32,000 nucleotides of DNA. It comes from Candidatus Hermodarchaeota archaeon (lineage in GTDB: Archaea > Asgardarchaeota > Heimdallarchaeia > Hodarchaeales > Hodarchaeaceae). The stretch spans positions 30,001-62,000 of the forward strand of contig JBHLKY010000014.1 of assembly GCA_048886185.1 (NCBI GenBank), written 5' to 3'. Positions 8,617 through 17,209 of the stretch are shown one piece after another. How positions within the stretch are numbered: position 1 is the stretch's first letter; the number at the start of each line of letters is the position of its first letter. A model generated the notes under the pieces. That model was given only the letters and a program-made list of their open reading frames with translations. It was not told the DNA's origin and did not search any database. The position numbers were made by a program, and so were the translations under genes.

Positions 8617-9642
8617 TCAATCGAGATTTATCACAAATTTTAGTGGGGCTGACAAAGTGGGATCCACGACTCTAATAATTTCTCCAGATCGAAGCACATT
8701 ACCAACTTCTTCTTCAGAACTAGTGAGTTCCCGTGTTTGGTATAGTAGTGCCATTTCTGAACTAAGATTGAAAGAATAACGAAGTTGATCTATAAAGTTT
8801 CTTAACTTTTGATCCAATGGTGACCGAATCGGGATAGCTTCAAGTTGATAACGTGGGGAGCAAACAATGCAATCCTGCCGACGTTTGAGAGGCACAGAAG
8901 TAAATATCCCTGCCTCTCCATCCCAAAACAAGTATTCTTGTAATGGGGGTAATTCCAGAATAATTTTAAGGGCTTCTTGAGCCATGAGTCCTCCAATTAC
9001 AAAAGAAATACTGGATACATAAGGAATATATTCTTCCTCGATTTTATCAGCCTTAATTTCTTTTCTCTTTTCTCCAAAGGGAGTACAGGCTTTTTGAAGC
9101 TCTTCTTCAGGAATTAATGATTGACATTCTAAACAAGGAGTTTTTTGGGGAATTACCACTTGAAGATTACCAAGAAAACTGTACATTCCTCCTGAGACTA
9201 ATGGGATCCCTGTTCCGACTGCAAAAGAGTTTACCCAGCGTCTTGTTTGAAATGTATCAAGGCCATCAAGGATAACGGTTGAATTTTCTAAGATGTGGCG
9301 CGGTGCCTTTTCAATAGGCATGTATAATATATTAACATTGATTTCTGGATTAAGTCCCTTTATTACTTCTGCACCAACTTTTACTTTAGGTTTTCCAATG
9401 TCTGCGGCCCGAAAAAACAACTGTCGATTCAGGTTACTCATTTCAATTGTATCGAGGTCAACTAGAACGAGTGTACCTACTCCAGCCATAGCTAATGAGG
9501 CAGCAGCAACACTTCCCAAAGCGCCTAAACCAACTATTGTCACTGTGCTTTGTTGAAGTTTTTTCTGATCCCAATTTTTGATCAGAAGTTGACGATTATA
9601 CCGTTCTCTCATTATATGATCCCAACCACCGCCTCTGGTCAA
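8617..9642 (-). CDS. Ubiquitin-activating enzyme E1-like (ThiF/MoeB adenylation domain + C-terminal ubiquitin-fold domain)
   Basis: RYNRQ, VGLGALG, DLDTIEMSNLNRQ, CLEC and CIVC Zn pairs, probable catalytic Cys in KACTP, and a beta-grasp-like C-terminal ~75 aa. Start may be ATG 9612. Confidence 0.9.
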   Translation of the reverse strand: MTRGGGWDHIMRERYNRQLLIKNWDQKKLQQSTVTIVGLGALGSVAAASLAMAGVGTLVLVDLDTIEMSNLNRQLFFRAADIGKPKVKVGAEVIKGLNPEINVNILYMPIEKAPRHILENSTVILDGLDTFQTRRWVNSFAVGTGIPLVSGGMYSFLGNLQVVIPQKTPCLECQSLIPEEELQKACTPFGEKRKEIKADKIEEEYIPYVSSISFVIGGLMAQEALKIILELPPLQEYLFWDGEAGIFTSVPLKRRQDCIVCSPRYQLEAIPIRSPLDQKLRNFIDQLRYSFNLSSEMALLYQTRELTSSEEEVGNVLRSGEIIRVVDPTLSAPLKFVINLD

Positions 9643-9713
9643 GAATTTAAAAGTACTTCACATGCTTTACGATGTCATTTCTGACATATGAGTTTTAGAA
9701 AAACTCTCTTTGT

Positions 9714-9953
9714 TTACTTATTGCCACCTGTGGTTCGAGTGATCATGTACAATTTATCCATATCCTCGATTCCAGCCGACTTTAGAGTTTCACTCTCATC
9801 AAGTTGTTTCCCCTGAAATACAAGTATGACTGATCGAGCAGGGATTCTTTTTGTTTGAGCTACCCGTTCCTTAATGGCAGCAACGGAGTCGGTCTTCTCA
9901 CAACTCAATGTAAGTTCCCCTCCTCCAATGGCTTGGACGACATTAATCTGCAT
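9714..9953 (-). CDS. Ubiquitin precursor (pro-ubiquitin ending TTGG-NK)
   Basis: MQINV...IKERV...LVFQGKQLDESETL...ITRTTGG aligns with ubiquitin with one extra residue near the N-terminus. Start taken at MQINV (9953); the ORF track starts at 9968. Confidence 0.92.
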   Translation of the reverse strand: MQINVVQAIGGGELTLSCEKTDSVAAIKERVAQTKRIPARSVILVFQGKQLDESETLKSAGIEDMDKLYMITRTTGGNK

Positions 9954-10052
9954 TTTGAATTCCTTCATTTATACTGCTTAATCTACATAGCAATTTTTCA
10001 GCTTTTAAAATATATTGAAAGCGGTACCTGAATCTTTCCCCTCTGACATTCA

Positions 10053-10844
10053 TTAATCATTTTCAGGATCAAGGAGTGTAATACCATTAGTAGTAATCTT
10101 AAATCGTAGTGTTTTTGTTGTATGATTGGTTCCTCTCATCTTACTGATTCGGAGAATGCGCATCATTTCCCCTCGTATTGAAAGCATGTCAAGATGAATT
10201 ATAGAATCGACAATATACTCCTCCCCAAAAAGTGATTGATCCATCCCACTAGTAATTTCTGATATTGCAACTGTGGTAACATTCAATGTCGCTATATTTG
10301 CTATAAATCCTGTTGTGAGTTTTCGTAGGAATCCAGAGTCATTACCATAATCATAGAATTGAAATGCAGCAAGAGGGTCTATTACAATTCTCTCGATCTT
10401 CTTTTCTTCTACAACTTGGCTGATATGATAATATATTTTGTGTAGAAATGTTGGTAACGATGTCTCATCATACGGAACCCCTTCTGCTTCTATCATCATT
10501 TCAGATTGTTCAGCATATGTTAAACTATCAGGATCCCATAATTCCCACCCAGATGGTGTGAAATCAAGCATGGTGATTTTTTGAGGTTCAGCAAAAAAGT
10601 TATGATCAAAGAAAGAGAAGCTACTTGCATCCCGACGAATAGCCCAAGGAGGTTCTTGCATAGCAACCAAAAGGCCATTTTCATTCCGACGAGCTCCTTC
10701 TAACAAGAAGTGTAATCCAAAAATTGTTTTACCAGCTCCAGCAGGACCAATTACAAGGTTTGTGGTACCCCTAATGAATCCACCTGATGTTAATGCATCT
10801 AAAAAGGGAATACCAGTTGTCACACGAACAATCTGCTCAAACAA
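10053..10844 (-). CDS. KaiC/RAD55-family single-domain ATPase
   Basis: RVTTGIPFLD, Walker A GPAGAGKT, Walker B RIVIDP, EYIVDSII, RILRISKMRGT. Confidence 0.9.
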   Translation of the reverse strand: MFEQIVRVTTGIPFLDALTSGGFIRGTTNLVIGPAGAGKTIFGLHFLLEGARRNENGLLVAMQEPPWAIRRDASSFSFFDHNFFAEPQKITMLDFTPSGWELWDPDSLTYAEQSEMMIEAEGVPYDETSLPTFLHKIYYHISQVVEEKKIERIVIDPLAAFQFYDYGNDSGFLRKLTTGFIANIATLNVTTVAISEITSGMDQSLFGEEYIVDSIIHLDMLSIRGEMMRILRISKMRGTNHTTKTLRFKITTNGITLLDPEND

Positions 10845-10966
10845 GTTTCCACACTCTTTTTTTCATATGTCTGAAATATTATAAAGTTAAACGTACGGAA
10901 ATGAGAATTCAAATGATACATACTAAAATCCTTAATTTTTTATGAAATAGTGATCTTTAAAAAAGA

Positions 10967-11536
10967 TTATATTTGACGTTGTTTAATTAAAACCTTCCGA
11001 TTTCGCCTCATCTGTTTAACAAGGAACTGGAATGCCTGTTCAATATTTTCTCCACTTCTAACTCCTCCAGGGTCAGCAGCAACTGTTCCGAAAATATCAT
11101 ATTTGTATTCATTCATAATTTTGTCAAAAAAATTCACTCTTAAAAATTCAGGTGAAAGGGCACCTTGTAAATCTTGTTTATTGGCTATAATGAGAATTGG
11201 TGTTCGGTTAGAAATTAAACGTAAAGCATCTTCTAGCCATTGTTCATCATATTTGAAATCTCTTCTCGAACTATCTACAACAAAGACCAATCCATCAGTA
11301 GTACGGACAAACCGCTCATGATAACGCATATCAAGAAATTTTTGCTGACCTCCCACATCAACCAACCCCAATACCGATTTTTCGATTACGATATGTGATA
11401 TCCCGAATGCAATGGTAGGTCGAATATTCCTTGGGGGAGGATAGCCATGTTCTAGGTAAAAGGCTATTGAAGATTTCCCCACTCCGCTTGTTCCTAACAA
11501 TACTACCGTGTATAGGTCTTTTGAACCGCTTTGCAT
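10967..11536 (-). CDS. Arf/Arl-like small GTPase
   Basis: G1 GTSGVGKS, G2 PTI, G3 DVGGQ, FVVDSS, G4 ANKQDL followed by GALSP, all Arf-type. Confidence 0.85.
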   Translation of the reverse strand: MQSGSKDLYTVVLLGTSGVGKSSIAFYLEHGYPPPRNIRPTIAFGISHIVIEKSVLGLVDVGGQQKFLDMRYHERFVRTTDGLVFVVDSSRRDFKYDEQWLEDALRLISNRTPILIIANKQDLQGALSPEFLRVNFFDKIMNEYKYDIFGTVAADPGGVRSGENIEQAFQFLVKQMRRNRKVLIKQRQI

Positions 11537-11768
11537 CCCAAGTTTGATCCTTTCGTGAATTTTCTAAAATGAAGTTGTAAGTAAAGCATTTTCTTTTCTT
11601 TAATTACAATAAATGCGGTATCAGTTGATAATCTTAGATTTTGACGTTTATAACATCTTCGGAATGCATGGATATCAAATACCCAAATTTTTATCCTAGG
11701 GTCACGAATTTATTTTAATTAGATTGCATTTAAGAAATCAAAAGATAGTAGGATCCTTGGGATTGACA

Positions 11769-12173
11769 ATGCCTCTAGAGCCCCGAGAAGTCGAGATTGA
11801 GTCTTTAAAAACTCCAAAAGGTGATGTTCCTACAGTTAAAGGCCTTGAGACCGCAGTTAACACAGTATATACAGAAATAGCCTCACTAAACACCCACTTA
11901 TCAAAAATTGAAGAGTTTCTGACCCAGATCAGTCAGTCTTTAATGCAGATTAATGAACAACTAGATAAACAGAGTTCTAGCATTAGGAGTCTAGGAGAAA
12001 CTTTTGCAGATCTTATTGTCCAGCTAGCGCAAAATGAATCACTACAAGAACATTACAGAGATTTTTCTAGGAAACAATTGATCATCGAAAAGGCTGATTT
12101 ATTGGCATTGAAAGAAGAGTTATCCAGCATCCTAGAGCGATTGAAAGACCAAGTGACTGAAAATGAGTCCTAA
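11769..12173 (+). CDS. Coiled-coil hypothetical protein
   Basis: Long heptad-rich helical sequence. Start moved to ATG 11769 (MPLEPRE), in frame with the track ORF at 11724. Confidence 0.6.
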   Translation: MPLEPREVEIESLKTPKGDVPTVKGLETAVNTVYTEIASLNTHLSKIEEFLTQISQSLMQINEQLDKQSSSIRSLGETFADLIVQLAQNESLQEHYRDFSRKQLIIEKADLLALKEELSSILERLKDQVTENES

Positions 12174-12501
12174 TTCTGCAAAATTAATTCCAAAATTTCG
12201 ATTTCGATCATCTCCTGTTGACAATAGTGTTAGGAAGAATCAAATTCGAATCCCTACATATCTTGTTTCTTCTCATCCCTCCAAATCTTCTTTCATACAA
12301 CTTATCAGCAAAAATAAGGACAATTGGAATCCTTTTGAAATAATTAAATGCATGATTTGTTGGAAACCTATCGAAATTTATGGAAGAGATGCTGATTCCT
12401 ATATGGAATGCCCTCATTGTCACCAAAAGGCTCATCAAGATCATATGTTTCGATGGCTTGTTAAACATAAAACCTGTCCTTATTGTCGTGGGAAGTTATA
12501 G
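12163..12501 (+). CDS. Small RING-finger protein, putative E3 ubiquitin ligase
   Basis: CMIC...CPHC...AHQDH...WL...CPYC, a RING-H2-like variant. Overlaps the upstream gene by 11 nt. Confidence 0.85.
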   Translation: MSPNSAKLIPKFRFRSSPVDNSVRKNQIRIPTYLVSSHPSKSSFIQLISKNKDNWNPFEIIKCMICWKPIEIYGRDADSYMECPHCHQKAHQDHMFRWLVKHKTCPYCRGKL

Positions 12502-12505
12502 CTCA

Positions 12506-12970
12506 TTGAGTACCAAAATCCTACCTGAGGTTCTTCAACTACTTGTTCCAAGGATTGAAGATCTTATTGATTCATATTTTTCAAACCGATTACGAACATT
12601 ACCAGTTCGGATAAATCATCGAAAACAAAATATCACGATTACATGGAACATTTATCCAACAGACAGGATTTCATTGGAAGACCTATTTCAAATTCTTTCA
12701 AAGTTAATTGATGAAAACTTGGATGACATTAATGGAGAAATAATTTGTTATACTATTAGTGATGGCACTATTCGGGATAGAAAAGTCCAGGAATTTCAAA
12801 TTCATTCAGGAAAATCTTGGGAGATATATTTATATGAACCTGAAACTTTTATTGATGTACGACTCTTACTTGAGTCTTATTTAACCGAGTCACACAATAA
12901 ATGGATCTCTATTGATATCGATATTGTGACACAATCAGCATGGTTTGAATATCAAGAGAGTAATGCATGA
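12506..12970 (+). CDS. Hypothetical protein
   Basis: The track ORF (12380) overlaps the RING gene. An in-frame TTG at 12506, 4 nt after the RING stop, gives 154 aa of globular-looking alpha/beta sequence. Confidence 0.55.
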   Translation: MSTKILPEVLQLLVPRIEDLIDSYFSNRLRTLPVRINHRKQNITITWNIYPTDRISLEDLFQILSKLIDENLDDINGEIICYTISDGTIRDRKVQEFQIHSGKSWEIYLYEPETFIDVRLLLESYLTESHNKWISIDIDIVTQSAWFEYQESNA

Positions 12971-12989
12971 GTATGTTTCTATATGCATA

Positions 12990-13937
12990 TTAAATTATAC
13001 TCCACCGTTGAGTATGTGTTTCATACCGAACACGTCCCTCTTTTTCCAGTTGTCTCAGAAACGCAATAACTGTTGTTTCACCAACACCTAGCTCTTTGAA
13101 AGGGGTTTCCCAAGAGAATCCGAGTATTTTCTGGTATTCCTCCGCAATATAAAATGATTTAGCTTGCCCAGCGTTAACTATTAAGTCGTAAATAGTATCT
13201 TTAGTATGTTTATGCTCGAATATGAGATTTTGAGTGTATAGTTCAACTGGTTTAGGAATGGGGCTTTGATGAGAAGGACAGATGACTTCGGTTTTAAGTT
13301 TACTCACTAGTTCGAGTAATTTCATACGCCTTTCGGAGTTTCCTGTCCCATCAATATAGAAAGCAGCAGGTTGATCTGGATATATGTTCCCCTCATCACC
13401 AATAAATGTACATCCGCCTCTATATGCCTGTATTAAAATGGAATCAGAGGAATGCCCTCCAGAATTCTGTAGAATTAGTTCTTCCCCCCCTAAATCAATG
13501 GTTTCACTTTTATCAAATGAATGGATGAGTTCTTCTTTAACCCTTCCAAGTTTAAAGAACAAAGAAGATTTCATTACTAAACTGAACTTAGAAGGCTTAG
13601 GGAATTGTTTACTTAGGATATGATCACTCCCCTCTTTTAAGGATTCAACGCCTGATTCGTGAAGCCATACTTGTGGTTTAATTTTATTCATCGAATCTAT
13701 CCCTGCCCAATGATCAGGGTGTGTATGAGTAAGAATAAGATATCGTATTTCTGAGGGGTCACGATCTGCTTTTTTGACAAACGAAATAATATCTTTTCCG
13801 ATACCCCGAGAAGGTAGGTCTATAATGGCAATTTTTTCGTCACCTAATACTAGGTAACTAGCGTATTCTTCCCCCCCTTTTCCTACATCATCTACAACCC
13901 GATAGATTCCTGAAGCCCATTCTGTGAAATTAGCCAT
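12990..13937 (-). CDS. Metallo-beta-lactamase-fold hydrolase with C-terminal winged-helix-like extension
   Basis: THTHPDHWAG (HxHxDH), GGHS, FIGD, PSH motifs. Confidence 0.88.
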   Translation of the reverse strand: MANFTEWASGIYRVVDDVGKGGEEYASYLVLGDEKIAIIDLPSRGIGKDIISFVKKADRDPSEIRYLILTHTHPDHWAGIDSMNKIKPQVWLHESGVESLKEGSDHILSKQFPKPSKFSLVMKSSLFFKLGRVKEELIHSFDKSETIDLGGEELILQNSGGHSSDSILIQAYRGGCTFIGDEGNIYPDQPAAFYIDGTGNSERRMKLLELVSKLKTEVICPSHQSPIPKPVELYTQNLIFEHKHTKDTIYDLIVNAGQAKSFYIAEEYQKILGFSWETPFKELGVGETTVIAFLRQLEKEGRVRYETHTQRWSII

Positions 13938-14115
13938 TCTGATTCACCCTTTATTTCTTGTACTAATCTTTGAATTTTTAATGGTTTTTGGTGGAGGCGG
14001 ACATATCTCGTTTTAGTTTACTGGTTGATGATTTTAATAATAATTTTTAAAAGCAATACAAAAAAAAAGTCTCTAATAGCGAAGTAGTGTTAAGTATCCA
14101 AGTTAAAGATAGTAG

Positions 14116-15141
14116 GTGCCAGAATTGAATATTGATGAATTAATTGATCATAATTATATTCCAGTCATTGATCCCACTGCTAAGGATTCTCCAGCCGAAA
14201 AAGGCGCAAATACTTTTCTTGCAGAGTATGGTGGTATACTAGAGGAAGTGGCTCTAGTATGCAAAAAAGAAGATGGATTGGTGACCTACAGGTCGGGAGC
14301 TGCGCCCAGTGATCGGAATTATGAAAACTTTTTTACAGATTTCACCGAATTAGCAAATGATTTGGGCCTTAGAACCCATGCAATTGCCTATGCTTTCGGT
14401 GATTCCTATCTTGGAGCGGATCCAAATTATTCTATAGGCCGTTCAGACGGTACAAGTATTTTTGACTATGTTGATCCCTCTATGGAGGGATACTGGAAAC
14501 ATCTTAGTTATATTGCGCGGGAGGTTACCACAAAACCTATTAAATCATTAATTTTCCAGGAATTTCTCTTCCCGAGGCAAGAGTACTCGTTTTCACGAAG
14601 AAGCGTGAGAAAGTTTGCTGAAATCTCAGGTGTCAGCCTAGATGTTACATACATCGACATTCAAAAAGATCCTGCAATCCAAAGAATATTTGAAGATTGG
14701 CGAGTGGAAAATATTACCACCGCGTTTCGTGAGACTACAGAAGTGGCCAAAGGAGAATATCCTGACCTTGATGTTGGCATGATAATCCCTGTTGACCCAG
14801 AAACAGAATGGAATGAAGGTTTCATCAGACATTTTGGAATTAATCTTGATCAGATTATTGAAATAAGTGGTTATGTAATTTATCATCTCATGCCATATTC
14901 ACCAATGTATCCTGAACCCCATACTCCAGGATGGGATACATTACTCCGTTCAATACGTAGTTCTGGGTTGTATGAAGAAAGCGGGTATAAAAAAGCTCTT
15001 TTTGTTTGGGGACTTGAGAATGAGGAAGATGTTGATTGGCTAGACGCACTGAGAGATGAAGTTAAAGCTGATCATGTCTTCGCACGATTGGAACATCCCC
15101 CAAAATATACAGTAAAACGTGAAATACATAGGGGTGTTTAA
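14116..15141 (+). CDS. Putative TIM-barrel glycoside-hydrolase-like protein
   Basis: Alternating beta/alpha pattern; LGLRTHA, YVDPSMEGYW, FQEFLFP and HLMPY resemble GHL10/DUF4015-type barrels. No signal peptide seen. Confidence 0.45.
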   Translation: MPELNIDELIDHNYIPVIDPTAKDSPAEKGANTFLAEYGGILEEVALVCKKEDGLVTYRSGAAPSDRNYENFFTDFTELANDLGLRTHAIAYAFGDSYLGADPNYSIGRSDGTSIFDYVDPSMEGYWKHLSYIAREVTTKPIKSLIFQEFLFPRQEYSFSRRSVRKFAEISGVSLDVTYIDIQKDPAIQRIFEDWRVENITTAFRETTEVAKGEYPDLDVGMIIPVDPETEWNEGFIRHFGINLDQIIEISGYVIYHLMPYSPMYPEPHTPGWDTLLRSIRSSGLYEESGYKKALFVWGLENEEDVDWLDALRDEVKADHVFARLEHPPKYTVKREIHRGV

Positions 15142-15162
15142 GCGGAGTAAACTATAAGCGAA

Positions 15163-15618
15163 TCAGTATTGCTGATTCCAGTGAGCATACATTTTCACAT
15201 AATTTACCGCTTGGAGTTTAAAAGACTCACGATCTCTCTTCCACTGTTTGGAAGCAGAGGCATTCAATGGATCATCGGGATTAGGGCTATTTAATAGAAA
15301 ACGAATAGTTTCAACAATCTGAACAAGACTATAAGCAGGGCTCCATTCCTTACCTAATATCCCCACACACACTTTCTCTTTGAAAATGTTTACATGCCAA
15401 ATCGGGGTCTTAAAACGAACCTTTGGTGGCTCAAAAGGATATTTTCGCGGAATGTGGATCTCAATAAAGAACACTCCACCTTCATATAAACCTGATCCTA
15501 ATATTTCTCCCCGCCAATGAGTTAGATCGTTATTTACTGTGCGGAAAGTGGGCTGCTCACGGGCAAGCTCTTGGGCTTCAATTGACAATCTATCTAACCA
15601 TTCGTCCTCTGTAAGCAT
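15163..15618 (-). CDS. Ubiquitin-conjugating enzyme E2
   Basis: YEGGVF, YPFEPPKVRFKTPIWHVNI, catalytic Cys in VCVGIL, WSPAY, PNPDDPLN. Confidence 0.95.
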   Translation of the reverse strand: MLTEDEWLDRLSIEAQELAREQPTFRTVNNDLTHWRGEILGSGLYEGGVFFIEIHIPRKYPFEPPKVRFKTPIWHVNIFKEKVCVGILGKEWSPAYSLVQIVETIRFLLNSPNPDDPLNASASKQWKRDRESFKLQAVNYVKMYAHWNQQY

Positions 15619-15898
15619 AATTTCATCCAGCGTAGTTTTCCAGAATTACTTATTATCATAAAAGTTCCGAGTGATTAAAAGCTATATTTCTTATAAAAAC
15701 GAATATTTAAGAATATGAGTGTAGATAATCCTTCAGATCAAGTAAATATATTATATGGATAATATAATAAAATTTTTTATATATAGTTTAATACAAGACC
15801 GAAATTAGGAAAATATCAGGTAAAAACGCCAATTTCTTATTAATAACTTTGTAACTGAAATTATCCAAATATTACATATAAAAAGAGGATAAAAGAGA

Positions 15899-16192
15899 AT
15901 GTCTGAAGCCTATATAGACGTATTTGACCGTTTTGTGAAACTCCAAGAATTTATGAGCGCAGATGACAAAAAATTTCGCAAAGATCCCCGAAAAACAGCA
16001 CGAATTGCCTCACTTCTAGCAATGGCAAGCTTATACTCAAAATATCCGCTTGATAAGCAATATGCGGTTTATAAGGCAATGATACAAACGATGAGGGAAA
16101 AGATGTCAGACTTCAAGACACTAGGTGAGACAGTAGACGATATTGCAGCAACTCTAATTCTTGCGTCAGAAATAAATAAAACATTGAGATAA
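15899..16192 (+). CDS. Small alpha-helical hypothetical protein
   Basis: 97-aa ORF with ATG, purine-rich upstream GAGG and protein-like composition; no recognisable motif. Confidence 0.65.
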   Translation: MSEAYIDVFDRFVKLQEFMSADDKKFRKDPRKTARIASLLAMASLYSKYPLDKQYAVYKAMIQTMREKMSDFKTLGETVDDIAATLILASEINKTLR

Positions 16193-16604
16193 TAAAGACA
16201 TTTATCACCCTGTAAGGTAGATCTCGGGACGATATAAGGCTAAATGCTTTTCTTTGTTAAAGCTCCTTTCATTAATACCTCCAATAAAAAATAGAGATTG
16301 ACATAGAGGTTTTTTTGTTGATTAATTATCACAACAATCGATTACCCCCTATTCTTCCAAAAAATAAGAGACTCTGATTTTTTTAACTATATCAGAGAAC
16401 AAAGGTATTAAACAGTAGGAAATTGTTTCTATTAACAAAAAAACTAAATCTTTCAGATACATATTTCACAGGATCTTATAACTTCATTTCGGAAGAAAGA
16501 ATAATAAGAAAAGTGCAACTTGAGAACAAAAGAAATAATGAAATACATAGAAGTATAATTAAATCAGCATATTAGGTAGAAAAACAAAATTTGGGGGGAG
16601 GGAG

Positions 16605-16653
16605 GGGCTCCCAACGTGTTTAAAAAGAAATCTTTTCATTTCGTTGGAAGCCC
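16605..16653. repeat. Inverted repeat / hairpin next to a G-run
   Basis: GGGCTCCCAACG (16605-16616) and CGTTGGAAGCCC (16642-16653) pair at 11/12 positions, 12/12 with G.U on the minus-strand RNA. Inner stem AAAAG/CTTTT. Confidence 0.6.
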
Positions 16654-17209
16654 AGTGTTTTCAGAATTTTTTTGCGCTACTGCACTCCTCTCGTTGTTCA
16701 GTGGCTATATATACTCTTTCTTGTATGCCTTATAAATACTTTGGTTCCTTTTTTCGTAATTACTTCATGAGTACTCTTCCTTTCTTTTGCTTTTATAAAG
16801 GGTTTTTAAGACTGATTTACTTTGCTTTCTTTATTTTTTCTTTGTTTTCCTTTTTCTGCCGACTTTTCCCTCCTTTCAGTTATTTATTTTTAAAATGATA
16901 TCCTGTTTTAACTGATTTATTGATTGTTAATCCGTTTTTGTTTAGGAAGATCAAAGTTTTTGGGTATCTTTCATCGAAACCCATTTATATAGTCTCTTTG
17001 GCGGGTGGTATGAGGCGATTAACAATGTGGGATTGCCAAATGGTTCGATCAAGGTAGATTCTCTCTTTTCTTTCCGTCCTCCCGCTGCCGTTTTCGTCAT
17101 CTTTTTCAAACTTTTCAAACTTCTGTGTTTTTCTTCAATAATGGAACTTTTCTCCTTTATGATAATAACAGGGGGATTTTTTCCTCTCAATGTTTTGGAT
17201 GTGTTTATT

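Noticed and set aside
12380-12505. Track start of the 196-aa ORF
   Set aside because: Overlaps the RING domain in another frame; TTG 12506 is a better start.
16605-16653. Hairpin as a SECIS element or H/ACA RNA
   Set aside because: It has AUGA on one side but no opposing GA quartet, no ACA tail, and no selenoprotein-like ORF nearby.
16850-16880. GAGGGAAAAGTC on the minus strand resembling RNase P RNA CR-I
   Set aside because: No matching 3' P4 strand or GC-rich helices in the surrounding sequence.
17040-17052. GGTTCGATC resembling a tRNA T-loop
   Set aside because: No T stem, acceptor stem or cloverleaf can be formed.
16644-17190. ORFs 16644-16898 (+) and 16951-17190 (-)
   Set aside because: Phe-rich or Lys/Glu-rich composition mirrors the pyrimidine tract; no motifs.
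17027-17209. 61-aa hydrophobic N-terminal extension of MetRS in the ORF track
   Set aside because: Phe/Leu/Ser richness is explained by the T-rich leader; MetRS homology starts right after ATG 17210.
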